DNA from: Octopus vulgaris
Lineage: Eukaryota
Assembly: GCA_951406725.2 (NCBI GenBank)
Contig: OX597817.1
Coordinates: forward strand, 65,534,001 to 65,598,000
Direction: 5' to 3'
Length of the DNA: 64,000 bases
Shown in pieces: positions 1 through 12,599 of this stretch. The notes beneath the pieces were generated by a model. That model was not told where the DNA came from and searched no databases. It saw only the letters and a list, made by a program, of their open reading frames with translations. Positions within the stretch are counted from its first letter, which is position 1. Each line of letters starts with the position of its first letter. A program made the translations under genes and the position numbers.

Positions 1-1
1 G

Positions 2-86
2 GCTGTCCCCGAGGAGTGCGCCGAGATGTCAAACGTGTTATAAAACATTGTTTGGCATGTTCTCGGAGCATGAAACTAGTAGTAGC
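2..86 (+). ncRNA. Hammerhead-like motif (minimal type I, long stem II, U4C core change)
   Basis: CCGAGGA at 9-15. Long imperfect stem II (GTGC..CCGAGA..ATGTCAAAC / GTTTGGCAT..TCTCGG..GCAT), then GAA-ACTAGT-A at 72-81 (palindromic stem III, GUA site). Weak stem I gctg/tagc. Followed by (TA)n. Confidence 0.5.
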
Positions 87-113
87 ACATAAAGTCTTGT
101 AGTGTGCTTATTA

Positions 114-174
<61 letters not shown>

Positions 175-179
175 TATGA

Positions 180-320
180 TGATGATGGGTTCCCACACAG
201 TTTCCTCCTACTAAATTCACTCATAAGGCATTGGTCGAGATGGTGTTAAACAAGAAAACACATGACCAAGGTGCCGCACAGTGATACTGAACCCGAAACC
301 ATGAGGATACAAACTTACAA
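180..320 (-). mobile_element. SINE family A, 5' (tRNA-like head) fragment
   Basis: Reverse complement matches 2734-2900 (ccaaggtgccgcacagtgatactgaacccgaaaccatg). Confidence 0.75.
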
Positions 321-419
321 CTCTTATACAGTCTTATTTACGTTACTACCAACATGTCTACACAAGCTTACATTCATTAGAAAATACTTGGCTAACTCAC
401 CAATAAGCCCACTCTTGAT

Positions 420-529
420 AAGGAGGTGTTCTCAGATAAATAAATAAATAAATGAAAAGTCTTGTTGGTTTGTTTCGGGGAGGTAAATAAACCAGCAATG
501 TTTCAAGTGGTGGAGGAACAGTCGGACAG

Positions 530-608
<79 letters not shown>

Positions 609-647
609 CACACACACGCACATACATATATACATACATAAATACAT

Positions 648-711
<64 letters not shown>

Positions 712-1480
712 TGTTGTATTTGGGGATGGTATTGTTGCCTGTTTAGCCAATAAGACATACGCACTATATATTTGGTGTTAATTTGCTTCAGCTTTATTTT
801 ATTTTTTACATTAATCGTATACACGTTAACAAAAATTGAATTAAATAAAAATAAGTAGGTATAAACACATGAACAAAATAGATAAAAAGAAATTAAATGA
901 ACGTGTATAAACAGGGAATACAGATAATACAGACACCCCCCCCCGCATACACACGCACTTACTAAACATAGACACACACAGGGGTATACGCATGCGCAAA
1001 TAAAGACACATACAATAGGAATACAAAATGGCTGATCGTTAGTAAGGAAAGACACACAAATAAGAAAGAAGAAAGCAAAAGACGACTGATGAAGTTACAG
1101 AAGTGTAACGAAAGAACTCTGGCCGAAATACGTTTAATATAAAAAATAAAATAAAGCTGAAGTAAATTAACACCAAATATATAGTGCATGTGTTTTTATC
1201 GGCCAAACTGGCAACATGACCATCCCCAAATACAAGAATATCTGTTTCAACACACGATTTCACATAAAAAAATCTTGCAAAATGAATATATAAATGTATA
1301 TATACATGCACACACATATATATATATGACGGGCTTTCACTCAGTTTTTATCTACAAAATCCACGCTTTAGTCAATCCGGGGCTATAACGGAAGACCACT
1401 TACACAAAATGTCACGCAGTGCAATAGAATTCGAAGACATGTTGTCAAGTCAAGAAGCAAGCTTCTACCACACAGTCAAC
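420..1480 (-). mobile_element. Degenerate SINE family A split by an inserted fold-back element
   Basis: Head at ~1480-1325 and tail at ~530-420 match the 2734-3150 copy. They are separated by (CA)n and the 708-1290 element. Confidence 0.6.
708..1241. repeat. Inverted repeat, ~113-bp arms (708-820 / 1128-1241), with a hammerhead-like core at 1086-1135; Penelope-like non-autonomous element
   Basis: atattgttgtatttggggatggt...gctttattttattttttacattaatcgtat is an imperfect reverse complement of 1128-1241. Core CTGATGA-A-GTTAC-agaagt-GTAAC-GAAA at 1086-1113. Confidence 0.75.
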
Positions 1481-1836
1481 AATACACGCAATGAAAATAC
1501 ATAAAGCTTCTCCAAATCTCAGCATTTGCGTGAATTAAAACAATTCTGTAACGGTTATCGACAAAGCAGTCTTGTATCTCGGTTGTTAGAAGACAAGATC
1601 TTGTTCTGTTAAAAAAACTTTGAATTTTTCTATCAAAAACATATAATAGTAATAGTAGTAAGTCATATACAGACGTCCTTTTATATGGCCAACATATTCA
1701 ATCTCTAAACCGTATTTTACCAGATTTTAATCTCAACTCGGTCTAAATAAAATCTTCTCCCAAACACAGTATGTATTTGTATGTATTAATTTATTTATTT
1801 ATCATAGCCATCGATTGTGACCCTTTCTTGAAAAGC

Positions 1837-1940
1837 CTTCTTCTTCTTCTTCTTCTTCTTCTTCTTCTTCTTCTTCTTCTTCTTCTTCTTCTTCTTCTTC
1901 TTCTTCTTCTTCTTCTTCTTCTTCTTCTTCTTCTTCTTCG
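1837..1940. repeat. (CTT)n microsatellite
   Basis: Direct reading; gives the poly-L/K/E ORFs. Confidence 0.98.
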
Positions 1941-2139
1941 TCGTAGTCGTCATCGTCGTCTTCGTCGTCGTCACCAATGCCACCCCTCTTCTGCTCCTCA
2001 ATATCATCGTCGTCGTCCTCCCCATCATTATTATCACCTTCAGTAACAAAAATCACCACCAACACCATCAACAGCAATAACACCAACAGCAACAAAAAAC
2101 AGCAATAACAATGATATTCTCTCTACTATAAGCATATGG

Positions 2140-2440
2140 GCTGTAATTCAAACTTAAAACGTAAAGACGAACGAAATCCGCTAAGCATTTTGTCCGGCCT
2201 ACTAACGATTCTGCTAGCTCGCCGCCTTTAATAATTATTTCAGATTTAGGCACAGGGCCAGTTTTTGAAGGGAAGGGGCGGTCAATTAGATCGACCTCAT
2301 TGCTTAACTGGTACTTATTTTATCAACTTTTAAAGTATGAAAAGCGAAGTTGACCTCTAAAGAATTTGACCTCAGAGCGTAAGAGCAGGAAGAAAAGCCG
2401 TTGAGCCTTCTCTCCGGCACACAAACAATTCTGTCAGTAG
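2140..2440 (-). mobile_element. Two degenerate SINE family B copies
   Basis: Match 4425-4658 (gctaagcattttgtccggc...ctagctcgccgcctt; ctggtacttattttatc). Confidence 0.75.
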
Positions 2441-2683
2441 TTTACAATATTAAAAACATAAATTCTTTATTAGCTTCAAGGGCTCAAAGAGATGCAGAAA
2501 ATACAAGCTAACATAAAACAAAGAAATAAAGAGCGAGTCGAAGAAGATATACCAAGACAGGGGTGAAAGGCTTATAAATTATATAATTGGAAAAATCAAA
2601 TGTTAATAAAACAAAAACTTATACAGAAATAAAAATAAAGTAAATAAAATACACGATAATTAAAACAAGATATTTATATATAA

Positions 2684-3501
2684 CTAGCAGTATCGCTCGG
2701 CGTTGCTCAGGTTTGTAAGGGAAATAACTATATAGGTGCAGGAGTGGCTGTGTGGTAAGTAAGCTTGTTTACCAACCACATGGTTCCGGGTTCAGTCCCA
2801 CTGCGTGGCACCTTGGGCAAGTGTCTTCTACTATTGCCTCGGGCCGACCAAAGCCTTGTGAGTGGATTTGGTAGACGGAAACTGAAAGAAGCCCGTCGTA
2901 TATATGTATATATATATGTATATATGTATGTGTGTGTGTGTGTTTGTGTGTCTGTGTTTGTCCCCCTAGCATTGCTTGACAACCGATGCTGGTGTGTTTG
3001 CGTCCCCGTTACTTAGCGGTTCGGCAAAAGAGACCGATAGAATAAGTACTGGGCTTACAAAAGAATAAGTCCCGGGGTCGAGTTGCTCGATTAAAGGTGG
3101 TGCTCCAGCATGGCCGCAGTCAAATGACTGAAACAAGTAAAAGAGTAAAAGAGTATAAGCATTTTTAGAGATGTAAAGTATAATAGCCATCTCAATATGG
3201 CTAACCACAAAGGCGGGTGTTACTGTAGCTTTTTACGTTCTGAGATTTAATAATACATTTTTAGAGAGTTACTTCCCCTATATAATAGCAAAAAAAATGC
3301 ATTAAAAATGGGAAAAAATGATGGTAATTTTTTTTTAAATCGTAGACTCATCGTAGACGCGCGCTAATACCCAGAAGGGCTCGATATGAATCACGACTAT
3401 AAGATACCCGCTTTTGGTTACACTGCACCGCAAAATGTGGGAGTAGTTAGGAATCTAAATCGTAGGAGACAGACACACAACTTCACTTTTATATATAAAG
3501 A
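2684..3501 (-). mobile_element. Non-autonomous Helitron containing a nested SINE
   Basis: Minus strand reads A|TCTTTATATATAAAAGTGAAGTTGTGTGTCTGTC...cctgagcaacgccgagcgatactgCTAG|T: 5'-TC, degenerate subterminal hairpin, CTAG-3', inserted between A and T with no TSD. Confidence 0.85.
2734..3152 (+). mobile_element. Full-length tRNA-derived SINE family A with internal (TA)/(TG) microsatellite
   Basis: A-box-like tggctgtgtggt, B-box-like ggttcagtccc, tail (AAGAGTA)n, tata on both sides. At least 8 related copies in the window. Confidence 0.9.
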
Positions 3502-4235
3502 TTTAAACCTCTACTCGTGTCGATCAAGGTATTTCAGAATCTTCCGTGAGGAGTTCTTGCTTTATTTTGGCCAAGTGAAAGACCACATCTTCAAGTGAAA
3601 TATAAATACTTCGTAAAGTCTATCCGAGATGTGAATACTCATAGCCATTCTCATTTCCTTCTCGTTTGGTACTTAGTTTGGATATGTATTATATATATCA
3701 TATATTATATAAGTATTTTATTAGAACTTTGTTTTTCTTGGAAATGGATGTGACTTTCATTTCAGTCAGCTCAGCGACTTGTTCCCACTCGCAGGTCATT
3801 GTTTCTCCTTCATAAGAAGTAGGTTCTTCCTTGGAAGAGAGTATTACTTTGCAAGTATTCTCAATCTCGAATTTTTAAAAACTTTTTTTGGCTTTTCCGG
3901 TGGGTTTCTGTTGTTCGTTCTTTTAAAGCCTGCTTCACCCCATCCACCCCTGTTTTGTTGTCACCTTCATACATGAATAGGCTTTTGCTGCAGTGAGGTG
4001 TTTGCACTAGTTATTGTGGTGTTTGCCTCTATTTGCCTTGGCTTTTTTGTTGCTGGGAGAGATAGTGGGGTTAGTTACGTGACTTGGTGTTTGGATTGAG
4101 AACGAAGCAATTTCATTTTCCGACTCACGAGTTCTATATGGTGTCACTATTTTCATATACCGTTGCTTTTGTTCGTTCGGGCTTTCTGTGCAGAAAGTTG
4201 TTAGATGGGTTAGAATAAGGGCCAGCGCCTCATTT

Positions 4236-4658
4236 CTTTCTTATTTCTTTACTGCCCACAAGGGGCTAAACACAGAGGGGACAAACAAGGACAGACAAAC
4301 GGATTAAGTCGATTATATCGACCCCAGTGCGTAACTGGTACTTATTTAATCGACCCCGAAAGGATGAAAGGCAAAGTCGACCTCGGCGGGATTCGAACTC
4401 AGAACGTAGCGGCAATCGGAATACCTATTTCTTTATTACCCACAAGGGGCTAAGCACAGAGGGGACAAACAAGGACAGACATAGGTATTAAGTCGAATAC
4501 ATCGACCCCAGTGCGTAATTGGTACTTAATTTATCGACCCCGAAAGGATGAAAGGCTAAGTCGACCTCGGCGGAATTTGAACTCACAACGTAACGGCAGA
4601 CGAAATACCGCTAAGCATTTCGCCCGGCGTGCTAACGTTTCTGCCAGCTCGCCGCCTT
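4236..4658 (-). mobile_element. tRNA-derived SINE family B with tandemly duplicated 3' body
   Basis: Minus strand ggcggcgagctggcagaaacgttagc...gagttcaaattccgccgaggtcgac. Segments 4236-4415 and 4425-4600 are direct repeats. Confidence 0.9.
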
Positions 4659-4669
4659 ATCTTTCTATC

Positions 4670-5990
4670 GAGCCCTAACAACTCAGCAGCATAATCTAGG
4701 ATTTCTTGAAACCTTACCTCAGTTGCCACTGTCACAATATCTTTTGAACGTGTTATAGACTTCCTTCTGGCAGAAAACCCGAAAACTCACGAATACAGTC
4801 AGGTCATACATCTAAACATCAGTCATAGTCGGAGATTTCATTTAATTCTATGACTCGGCTATGTTATCCTTTGCAAAGTTCCTATCTTTGGATGTATTCC
4901 CACCAAGTACATTTAGAGCCGTTTCAAACTTCTCAGATAATTCACTATCACACAGTAGCCGTTTGGTTGGAATAAAGAAGCAGTGTTCTTGGCGATATAT
5001 TCCCGTTCTCACATTATTGGAAAGATCATTCAAATTCACTGGATAATTTGGTGCGCTGACTAAGCGCAATGTTTTGTTGCAGTATTACGCCTGGCACTAG
5101 GGCGGCGAGCTGGCATAGTCGTTAAGCAAACCGGGCAAAATGCTCGTTCTGAGTTCAAATTCCGCCAAGATCGACTTTGCTTTCATTCTTTCGAGGTCGA
5201 TAATTATATTGTACCTTTATGCATCAGGGAAACAAAATTTTGTAAACCAGTTTGAAAAATGCTCAAAGTCATCCACACCATATTTAAACGTCAAATCTCA
5301 TGTAAATTAAATTCCGTGTGACCATTGAAAGCACTTTGGAAGTGATATACAAGCAAGTGTTATTTTTATATCAGCTCCAGCATTTCATCCATAATAACAT
5401 TAAACGCTTTTTGCGAGCTTGAAGCCTGTTGCTTGTTTTCTCATAAGAAATAAAAGACCTAGTTGGCATGAGCTTCTAGGAAAGCCCAAATCTCATCTAC
5501 ATTGTACTGGTGGTTTTCGTGTACAATACTTCTTTCAGAATAATTTCTTCCGGCACTTCAAGATAGTTATGTGCAGCTTCTCTATTAGAACAGGCAGATT
5601 CAAAGGTCATTTTAATACTAAGGCGCCTCTTAACTTATTAATCTGAAATTTAGCCCCCCCGCAAAAAAAGGTGGGGCGTAAAAGGCGAGGAAATAGCTTT
5701 TCATTAGAGGTTGCACCTTCCACTTGCTGCAAATAGTCACACTTTCCCTTGAATGACAAACGTGTTTATCGGTGTATTATGCCAAGTATGATTTCCTTTT
5801 ATGCACTCAGGAGACCTTCCATTCTACCATCGTTTCAAATCAATACAAATACAATATCCGAGTACTTTAACAGAGTATTTCGAGTATTTTCTTCGGGGCT
5901 TTGTAGACTCTATTGTCATGTTTTGCCCATCACTCTAGAGATTTCAAGATTTATACGATCTTTACAATATATCCGACATGCTTTCTGAGA
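4670..5990 (-). pseudogene. Decayed Tigger/pogo (CENP-B-like DDE) transposase
   Basis: Frameshifted minus-strand translation: ESACSNREAA..NVDEIGLS*KLMPTRSFIS..GFK..KKRLMLL..WMTLSIF..NWFTKFCFP..SAPNYPVNLNDLSNNV..NTASLFQP. Matches the Tigger motifs NxDETGLFWK, DNAPGHP and NTTSLIQP. Interrupted by a SINE B fragment at 5100-5200. Confidence 0.85.
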
Positions 5991-6163
5991 AGTTTTTACG
6001 CATCAATCTTTTGTGAAAAAAAAAAGGAAAGAAAAAAAGCATGCTTTCAATACAACATAATCCTTTTAAAATGATTTTTGCAAGTTGTGTTCACTTTCGC
6101 CCTACGGCCTCTCTCTAGTTATCTTAAATATGATACCTTAAGCATCACTAGTCAAATCCAACG

Positions 6164-6197
<34 letters not shown>

Positions 6198-6343
6198 ACG
6201 CAGACACAAATACACATTTATATATGCATGTGTATATATTTGTATGGTTTGGTATACGTACACACATACATACATGTCTATATACGTGTAAGTGTATGTA
6301 TGTATGTATGTATATATATAATATATATATATGTATATATGTA

Positions 6344-6402
<59 letters not shown>

Positions 6403-6964
6403 TATATATATACCCATACATACACTGCATATATCTGTGTAAATGTGTGTGCTTCATGTCTGACGTATCATTATATCTTGATGCTGATAGATCATAACTA
6501 CTTATCAAACATTATTACCATAGCAAAAATATATTTCACTACCTTCGATACACATTCTACCAAAAGAGCGCGAAGGAATCTTTAAGAAACATGTATCTAT
6601 ACGATAGAGAGCTATACGAGCAAGAATTTTGAGCTTCATAAATTAATATATTATTTTGATTAACCTAGTAAATTGAAAAAAGTTCAAACGTACATGCTTA
6701 TTTTAAATGGAGGCGTATGCCTCCAGTCGCATCAGGTTGTGTACATAACTTTATACACATATGATTAATACAGAAGTAAACACACACACGTGTGCGTGGT
6801 GTGTGTGTGTGTTTATGTGAGTATGTATATATGTATTTCTAATTATATTACGAAATATGTATGAATAAGGTATGTATATATATATAAAGAGAAAGAGTGA
6901 GAGGGAGAGATTGATAGATATATAGATAGATAAAGCATGCATACGTATATGCATATTACGCATG

Positions 6965-7014
<50 letters not shown>

Positions 7015-7380
7015 TGTATGTGTGTGCGTGCGTTTGTGCATATGTGTGTATAAACTAAAAAAAATATACATAAATACAGATGTATGTAATATATATTTAT
7101 TGTGGGGTGACATCCCTCTTCCCTCAAATCATTATCACTTTCCGAACCGGATGAAAGGACACCTTAATTGATCACAGGCAAACAATGAAAAATATTTCTG
7201 CGGCTGCCATCTTAAAACCGATTGAGGTAGGATATGCTTATATTGAATACAGGGAGGAAAGAATCCGCTACGAGGCTGAGAGCTATTTTAAATTGCATAA
7301 ATGTGTCTACAAAAATACTGGTTTAAAACTAATTAAGGGGAAACTAATTAGTGTAATAATGGAACTTAAATAAACAAGAC

Positions 7381-7469
<89 letters not shown>

Positions 7470-7475
<6 letters not shown>

Positions 7476-7729
7476 AAAATCTGAAGTATAAACTAGAATG
7501 TAATTACATTATAGAGAAAATATTTAAATTAGGAAAGATAAACTAAAAGGTAAAAGAAATAACAAAATACAAAATCACAATGACTCTCAAAAAAGTACTA
7601 TAAAAAGAATAGAGGAAAACCCACTCTAGGCCCAATAACCTGCAAGACCCGACTGACCGACAGTGTGTCTGAGTTAAAACCTGTAGGCACTAAACTAAAA
7701 GAAGAAACGGAAAGTCTACTTGTATCTGC

Positions 7730-7807
<78 letters not shown>

Positions 7808-7935
7808 CCACAAAACAGTGTGAAAACAAAATATTATAACAAGAGACTCAGATCAAGACTATGCAATCAGAACAATGAGAGTACTGATCACATCATTTCT
7901 GGTTGCTTAGTCTCAGCAAAATCAAAGTTTATTAA
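7470..7935 (+). pseudogene. R4/Dong-clade (restriction-like endonuclease) LINE C-terminal remnant
   Basis: [13 protein letters not shown], then a (TA)n insertion, then [24 protein letters not shown] (CCHC zinc knuckle, [13 protein letters not shown] type). Confidence 0.75.
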
Positions 7936-7994
7936 TATTTTTACGCTTTCTTGGTTTTGAGTGAAGAGCGGATTAATCACACTACGTGGCACTA

Positions 7995-9900
7995 ATTTTT
8001 CAACAAACGCTACTTCATGTGGTATTAATTAATTTTAGGGTGCTCATTATGAATATGAAATCTGTTTTGCTCCATCACATCTGCATTTTGATCTACAAGA
8101 TGTCCCACATCTAATATGTTTACGGATATGCCTAATTTTGTGAACATTGCATGTAATTTATTTTGTGTACTAAGCTACAATCAATCACTGTTAAAATAAC
8201 AGTATACACTTATGTATAGTATTGATTTTACTGACAAGATCAGTAGCATGGATTTCAAGAGTGAAACCAGCAAAAGTCTGCCATCAAGCGAAGATCGGTT
8301 AACCCTTGGTACCTTATTTCAATAGAAGAGATCACTTGATGGAATATTTTACCATGCTCATCATTCACTTGGCCTAAGTCCAAAGAAAAAAATCCAAGTG
8401 ACTCTAAAGAAAACAAATCTTTTGAGAACATTTTGACATTCTGAGCATCGAATGAATCTAGGAGGTCAGCTATGCTTGCCTTGTAATCCGGGATCGGTTC
8501 TTTCCGAGAAAGTTTTCAACTGTCTTTAATACAGCATCCTAAGCCTGTCGTTCAACTTCATTTATTGAATCTCTGAACATCTGTTTCTTTATTAATTTGC
8601 ATGTGTTTGGTACAACGATCACATCTTCTTTAACCTTTGCTTTACTTAATCGAGGAAGGATATCTTTCAACAACTTGAGGTCCAGTGTCTTCAAGGTTTA
8701 GTGTCTTCAAAAAATTTTTAAGATTCCAAGTTTAATAAATAGCGGTGGTAACACAATTAGCTCAGGTGAAGCTAGTGGTATGTATTGAACGCTTTCATTC
8801 CATAGACTCCATTCATAACATGCCGACTCTCTGGCTGTTCCATAGGCACAAGAAACAGCAACACTTCGTGTAGCCCGTTTGCAATCCAGTTAAAAAAATA
8901 TGACCTTCAAGTCACCTCCAGTTTCCCACTTCAAATCATCATACCTGATCAAGGAAAGTAACATCTTAATACTGTTGTAGGACACCTTCCTCAAATAACG
9001 CACTGGAATCCCTAGGTACTGATTCCCAACAAGCAAAAAGATTGCCTTTCAGTTGGAAACACTGCCATCAATGAATAATTACCAATCTGTCTTGACATCA
9101 GAGAAAATTTCCAGTACTATCTTCAAATCAGTAATGTTCTTGCACAAACATTAAAATCAAACCAAGTTCATTATGTGTGTGGAAAAAATTCAAGAAATTC
9201 CTTTTCTCGGTGTCTGAACGCTGTTCTTTTGGTGCCTTGGGCTAAAACACCAAATTCCCCGAGCATTGTTCTAGCTAGAAAAGCACCGTCTTTGAAAAGT
9301 TCCAACTTTCGAGGAAAATGACCATGTAGTTCTTAGCTTATTTTAGGGCATAATTGAGGAATTTCAAAATCCTCGTCATACATTGGTCTTCTCGGCCAGT
9401 TTGGTCATCAGAATCATCATCTGACTCATTCAATGTTTTATTGCTTGGCACAGTAAGAATTTCGTCTTCGTATGGTTGTGGTATTATGGCAGGCGGCAAA
9501 TTAGTATGCGTGATATACTTAACGGTTTTCTTACTGAACCCATCAACATTAATTATGCAAAAGTTGGAATCAGTAGAATGGTTGTTTGATTTTCACTATG
9601 CCATTGGAGCAGGAAATGTCATTTGGACCACAAGCTTTTGCATACAATTTGTAGTGTAAAGCATTTATATTGATGTCCAAATTTCATTTTGAAGTAATCC
9701 TTGTCTTGCTTGTATGAGTAGCGTAATGTTTCTCCTATAGTTCTTGAATGCATATTCCTCACAGATGTTGCAAAAATTATCTGGATCATTGCAATATACA
9801 CGCCTTGAAGCTATACAAATTGAAGCAAATTTAAGTAGAGAAATGAAAAAATAGCAGTTCACAGTGGACAAAGCAATTACCAATTTGATACAAGTTACAA
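7995..9900 (-). mobile_element. Decayed Chapaev3-like (CMC) DNA transposon with transposase pseudogene (~9830-8225)
   Basis: N-terminal CNDPDNFCNICEEY. C-terminal SHLDFFSLDLGQVNDEHGKIFHQVISSIEIRYQG..LMADFCW, matching the family motif SDEHGERFHQDI..EKRYQG..MADYCW. Many stops and frameshifts. Superfamily name recalled, not searched. Confidence 0.75.
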
Positions 9901-9949
9901 TAACATTCGAAACACGCATCAAATTGGCCTTAAGAGTCGGGTAAAAGAG

Positions 9950-10165
9950 TTTTCCACTTCAAATCATCATACCTGATCAAGGAAAGTAGCATCTTGATAC
10001 TGTCATATGACTCTTTTGCTTTCCTCGAATAATGCATTGGAATCCCTGGGTACTCATTCCCAACGTGCAAAAGGAGTGCCATTCAGCTGGAAACACTGCC
10101 ATTAATGAATAACCATTAATCTATCTTGACATCAGTGGAAATACCCAGTACCATCTTCAAACAAG
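9950..10165 (-). repeat. Diverged second copy of an internal transposase segment (8922-9135)
   Basis: cacttcaaatcatcatacctgatcaaggaaagta...tcttgacatcag...cagtac..tcttcaa occurs at both places as a direct repeat. Confidence 0.9.
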
Positions 10166-10339
10166 TAATGCGGCCTATGCGCTGGTCTGAATTAATTTCC
10201 CGTACTATACTTGTGGCTTCTTTATTGATATGATTTATGCGGTTTGATTGATGTTGATATATACATGCTTGGCGAGCACGTAATTGTCTAATTCATGTAG
10301 GCTTTTCTTTTTATCAAATCAGATAATGTAACAGTGCAT

Positions 10340-10580
10340 AATACTCTACTTTTGATCTAACCAGCAGCATACAATAATAAGGACATCCTAATATCAGATT
10401 TTTTCATTTTTACATCACACAAACGGAATTTCAATGATACTGAAATCAATGTCACACCACACATAGCATGATTAACATAGTCGATCCACAACATTTCTGC
10501 CTGCTGTCCACCATCTACCTCTGCTAATATTTCAGCATGGGCTTGCCCAAACATAAGTTGAAAATAGCTACAAATAAACA
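10340..10580 (-). pseudogene. Probable RTE-clade LINE 3' remnant
   Basis: AEILAEVDGGQQAEMLWIDYV resembles the RTE C-terminal IL.G.V.G.R..GR....W.D motif. Confidence 0.4.
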
Positions 10581-10792
10581 AGATTCAGTTAAAACTACCA
10601 TTCAAAAGTACATATTCACTCGAATCATTCTACTTGAAGAATGCTTTATTTAGCATGAAGAAAAGTTAATCGAAATCTAGTAATAATTTTATCTAATATT
10701 CTGTTGTCTCTTGGGAGAATCATTTTCTTTTTGTGCCTTAAAATGTAACACACTCACCGGTAAAATTTCCACTTATTTCTTATTTTTATTTT

Positions 10793-10831
10793 CCTAAAAT
10801 TTTCGTTGCATCTTGCAACCTTTTCAATAGA
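10793..10831 (-). ncRNA. Minimal hammerhead ribozyme, U3-A8 core variant (within a ~10695-10845 element)
   Basis: Minus strand: tcta TTGAAAA G GTTGC aagat GCAAC GAA AATT T tagg. Confidence 0.65.
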
Positions 10832-11177
10832 CTTGACTCTGTCCGTTATTTACACTGCTTTCCTTTTTAATACCTTTATTTCAAAACAACGTTATGAGTA
10901 TTGCCTTTTTTTCTTGCAAGACTTCTTCAAAACTATTGACATTTTATCAACTTATGACTTGACCGAATCATTAGAGCGTCGGACAAATTTGCTTGCTGTA
11001 TTTGTTCCATCTTTTTAGGTTCTACTGGAGTTAACGTTGCTTTTCACTACCCCTATACACACACGCATAATTATATACATTTTTACTTGTTTCATTCATC
11101 GAACTGCAGCCATGCTGGGACCTCTTTCTCTCCCTTTCTCTCTCCCCCCTCTCTCTATATATACATTATATATACAT

Positions 11178-11220
<43 letters not shown>

Positions 11221-11509
11221 CTATCTATCTGTCTTTATCTTTGAAACCCATTTTCACTGATTGAAACTGGTGTTGGTTCATTTAAGTCCAAGCATATGTT
11301 TAGATATGTGCGCGCTCACACACACACACACACACAAACACACACATACACAAAAGTTATGCAAATTGCATTACTTTCTGACTCTCCATCGTATGTTGTG
11401 TGTGTGAATGTGTGTGCGTGCGTATGTGTGCGCGCGTGTGACTGTATGTGTGTGCGTGTGCGCACATATATAAAAGTATTCTTATTTCCTTTACATGTAT
11501 CCTTCATTT

Positions 11510-11689
11510 AACTGCGCCCATGCTGGAGCACCGCTTTTAGTCGAACAAATCGACCCCACGATTTATTCTTTGTAAGCCTAATACTATTCTATCGGTTCTC
11601 CTTTTGCCGAACCGCTACTTTAAGGGGACGTAAACACACCAACATCAGTTGTCAAGCGATGATGGGAGGACAAATATAGACACACAGAC

Positions 11690-11754
<65 letters not shown>

Positions 11755-11910
11755 ATGGGCTTCTTTCAGTTTCCGTCTACCAAATCCACTCACAAGGATT
11801 TGGTTGGCCTAAGGCTAGAAGACGCTTGCCCAGGGTGCCACGCAGTGGGACTGAACTCTAAACCATGTGGTTAAGAACCAAGCTTCTTACCACACAACCA
11901 CGCCTGCTCC
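11510..11910 (-). mobile_element. SINE family A, near full length
   Basis: Reverse-complement match to 2734-3125, including the internal (TA)n. Confidence 0.9.
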
Positions 11911-12127
11911 TATGTATGTTTATATACACACACACACATATATAATTGTATTGTATACTTATATGTATGCGTATATATATATATGTGTGTGTGTGCGTGT
12001 GTGCATGTGTGTGAGTGTGTGTGCATGTGTGTGAGTGTGTGTGTGCATGTGTGTGAGTGTGTGTGAATGTATGTATATATACATACATATATATATATTC
12101 ATACTAACATGTAAGTATACATACATT

Positions 12128-12206
<79 letters not shown>

Positions 12207-12599
12207 CAATATATATATACATGTATATATATATATATATATACATGTATATATATATATATGCGTACATAGACTCAAACACTCATACACCCACATACAT
12301 ATCATTCGCGAAATTGCATAACTCTTTGGTGCTGTTATGTTACCTATTTCTTTCGCGCGTGTCAAATTTCATACTGCTTTGACAAAAAAAAAAAAAGAAA
12401 GATAAAAGTCATTTACTAAAGGTAGATAACTGTAGAAAGTTACCTACCTTAAAACAAGCGCTCACACACCCACATATTCATTTACATATTACCATACGCG
12501 TATCACATACACCTAGCAACTTTTTGAATCTCTTTCTCACAATCTCATTCGCATCGTAACTTTCACCTTCTTCGTTATACTAATTTCTTTTATGAATCA

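Noticed and set aside
3520-4230. Coding-like minus-strand stretch (also 34200-35100 and 23900-24150)
   Set aside because: Probably decayed transposon ORFs, but I could not assign a convincing motif.
5340-5760. Initial reading as a Helitron PIF1 helicase (IMDE motif)
   Set aside because: The surrounding motifs fit a Tigger transposase much better.
6700-6740. Minus-strand CTGATGC followed by a tggaggc/gcctcca hairpin
   Set aside because: No G8-A9 and no GAAA after the stem.
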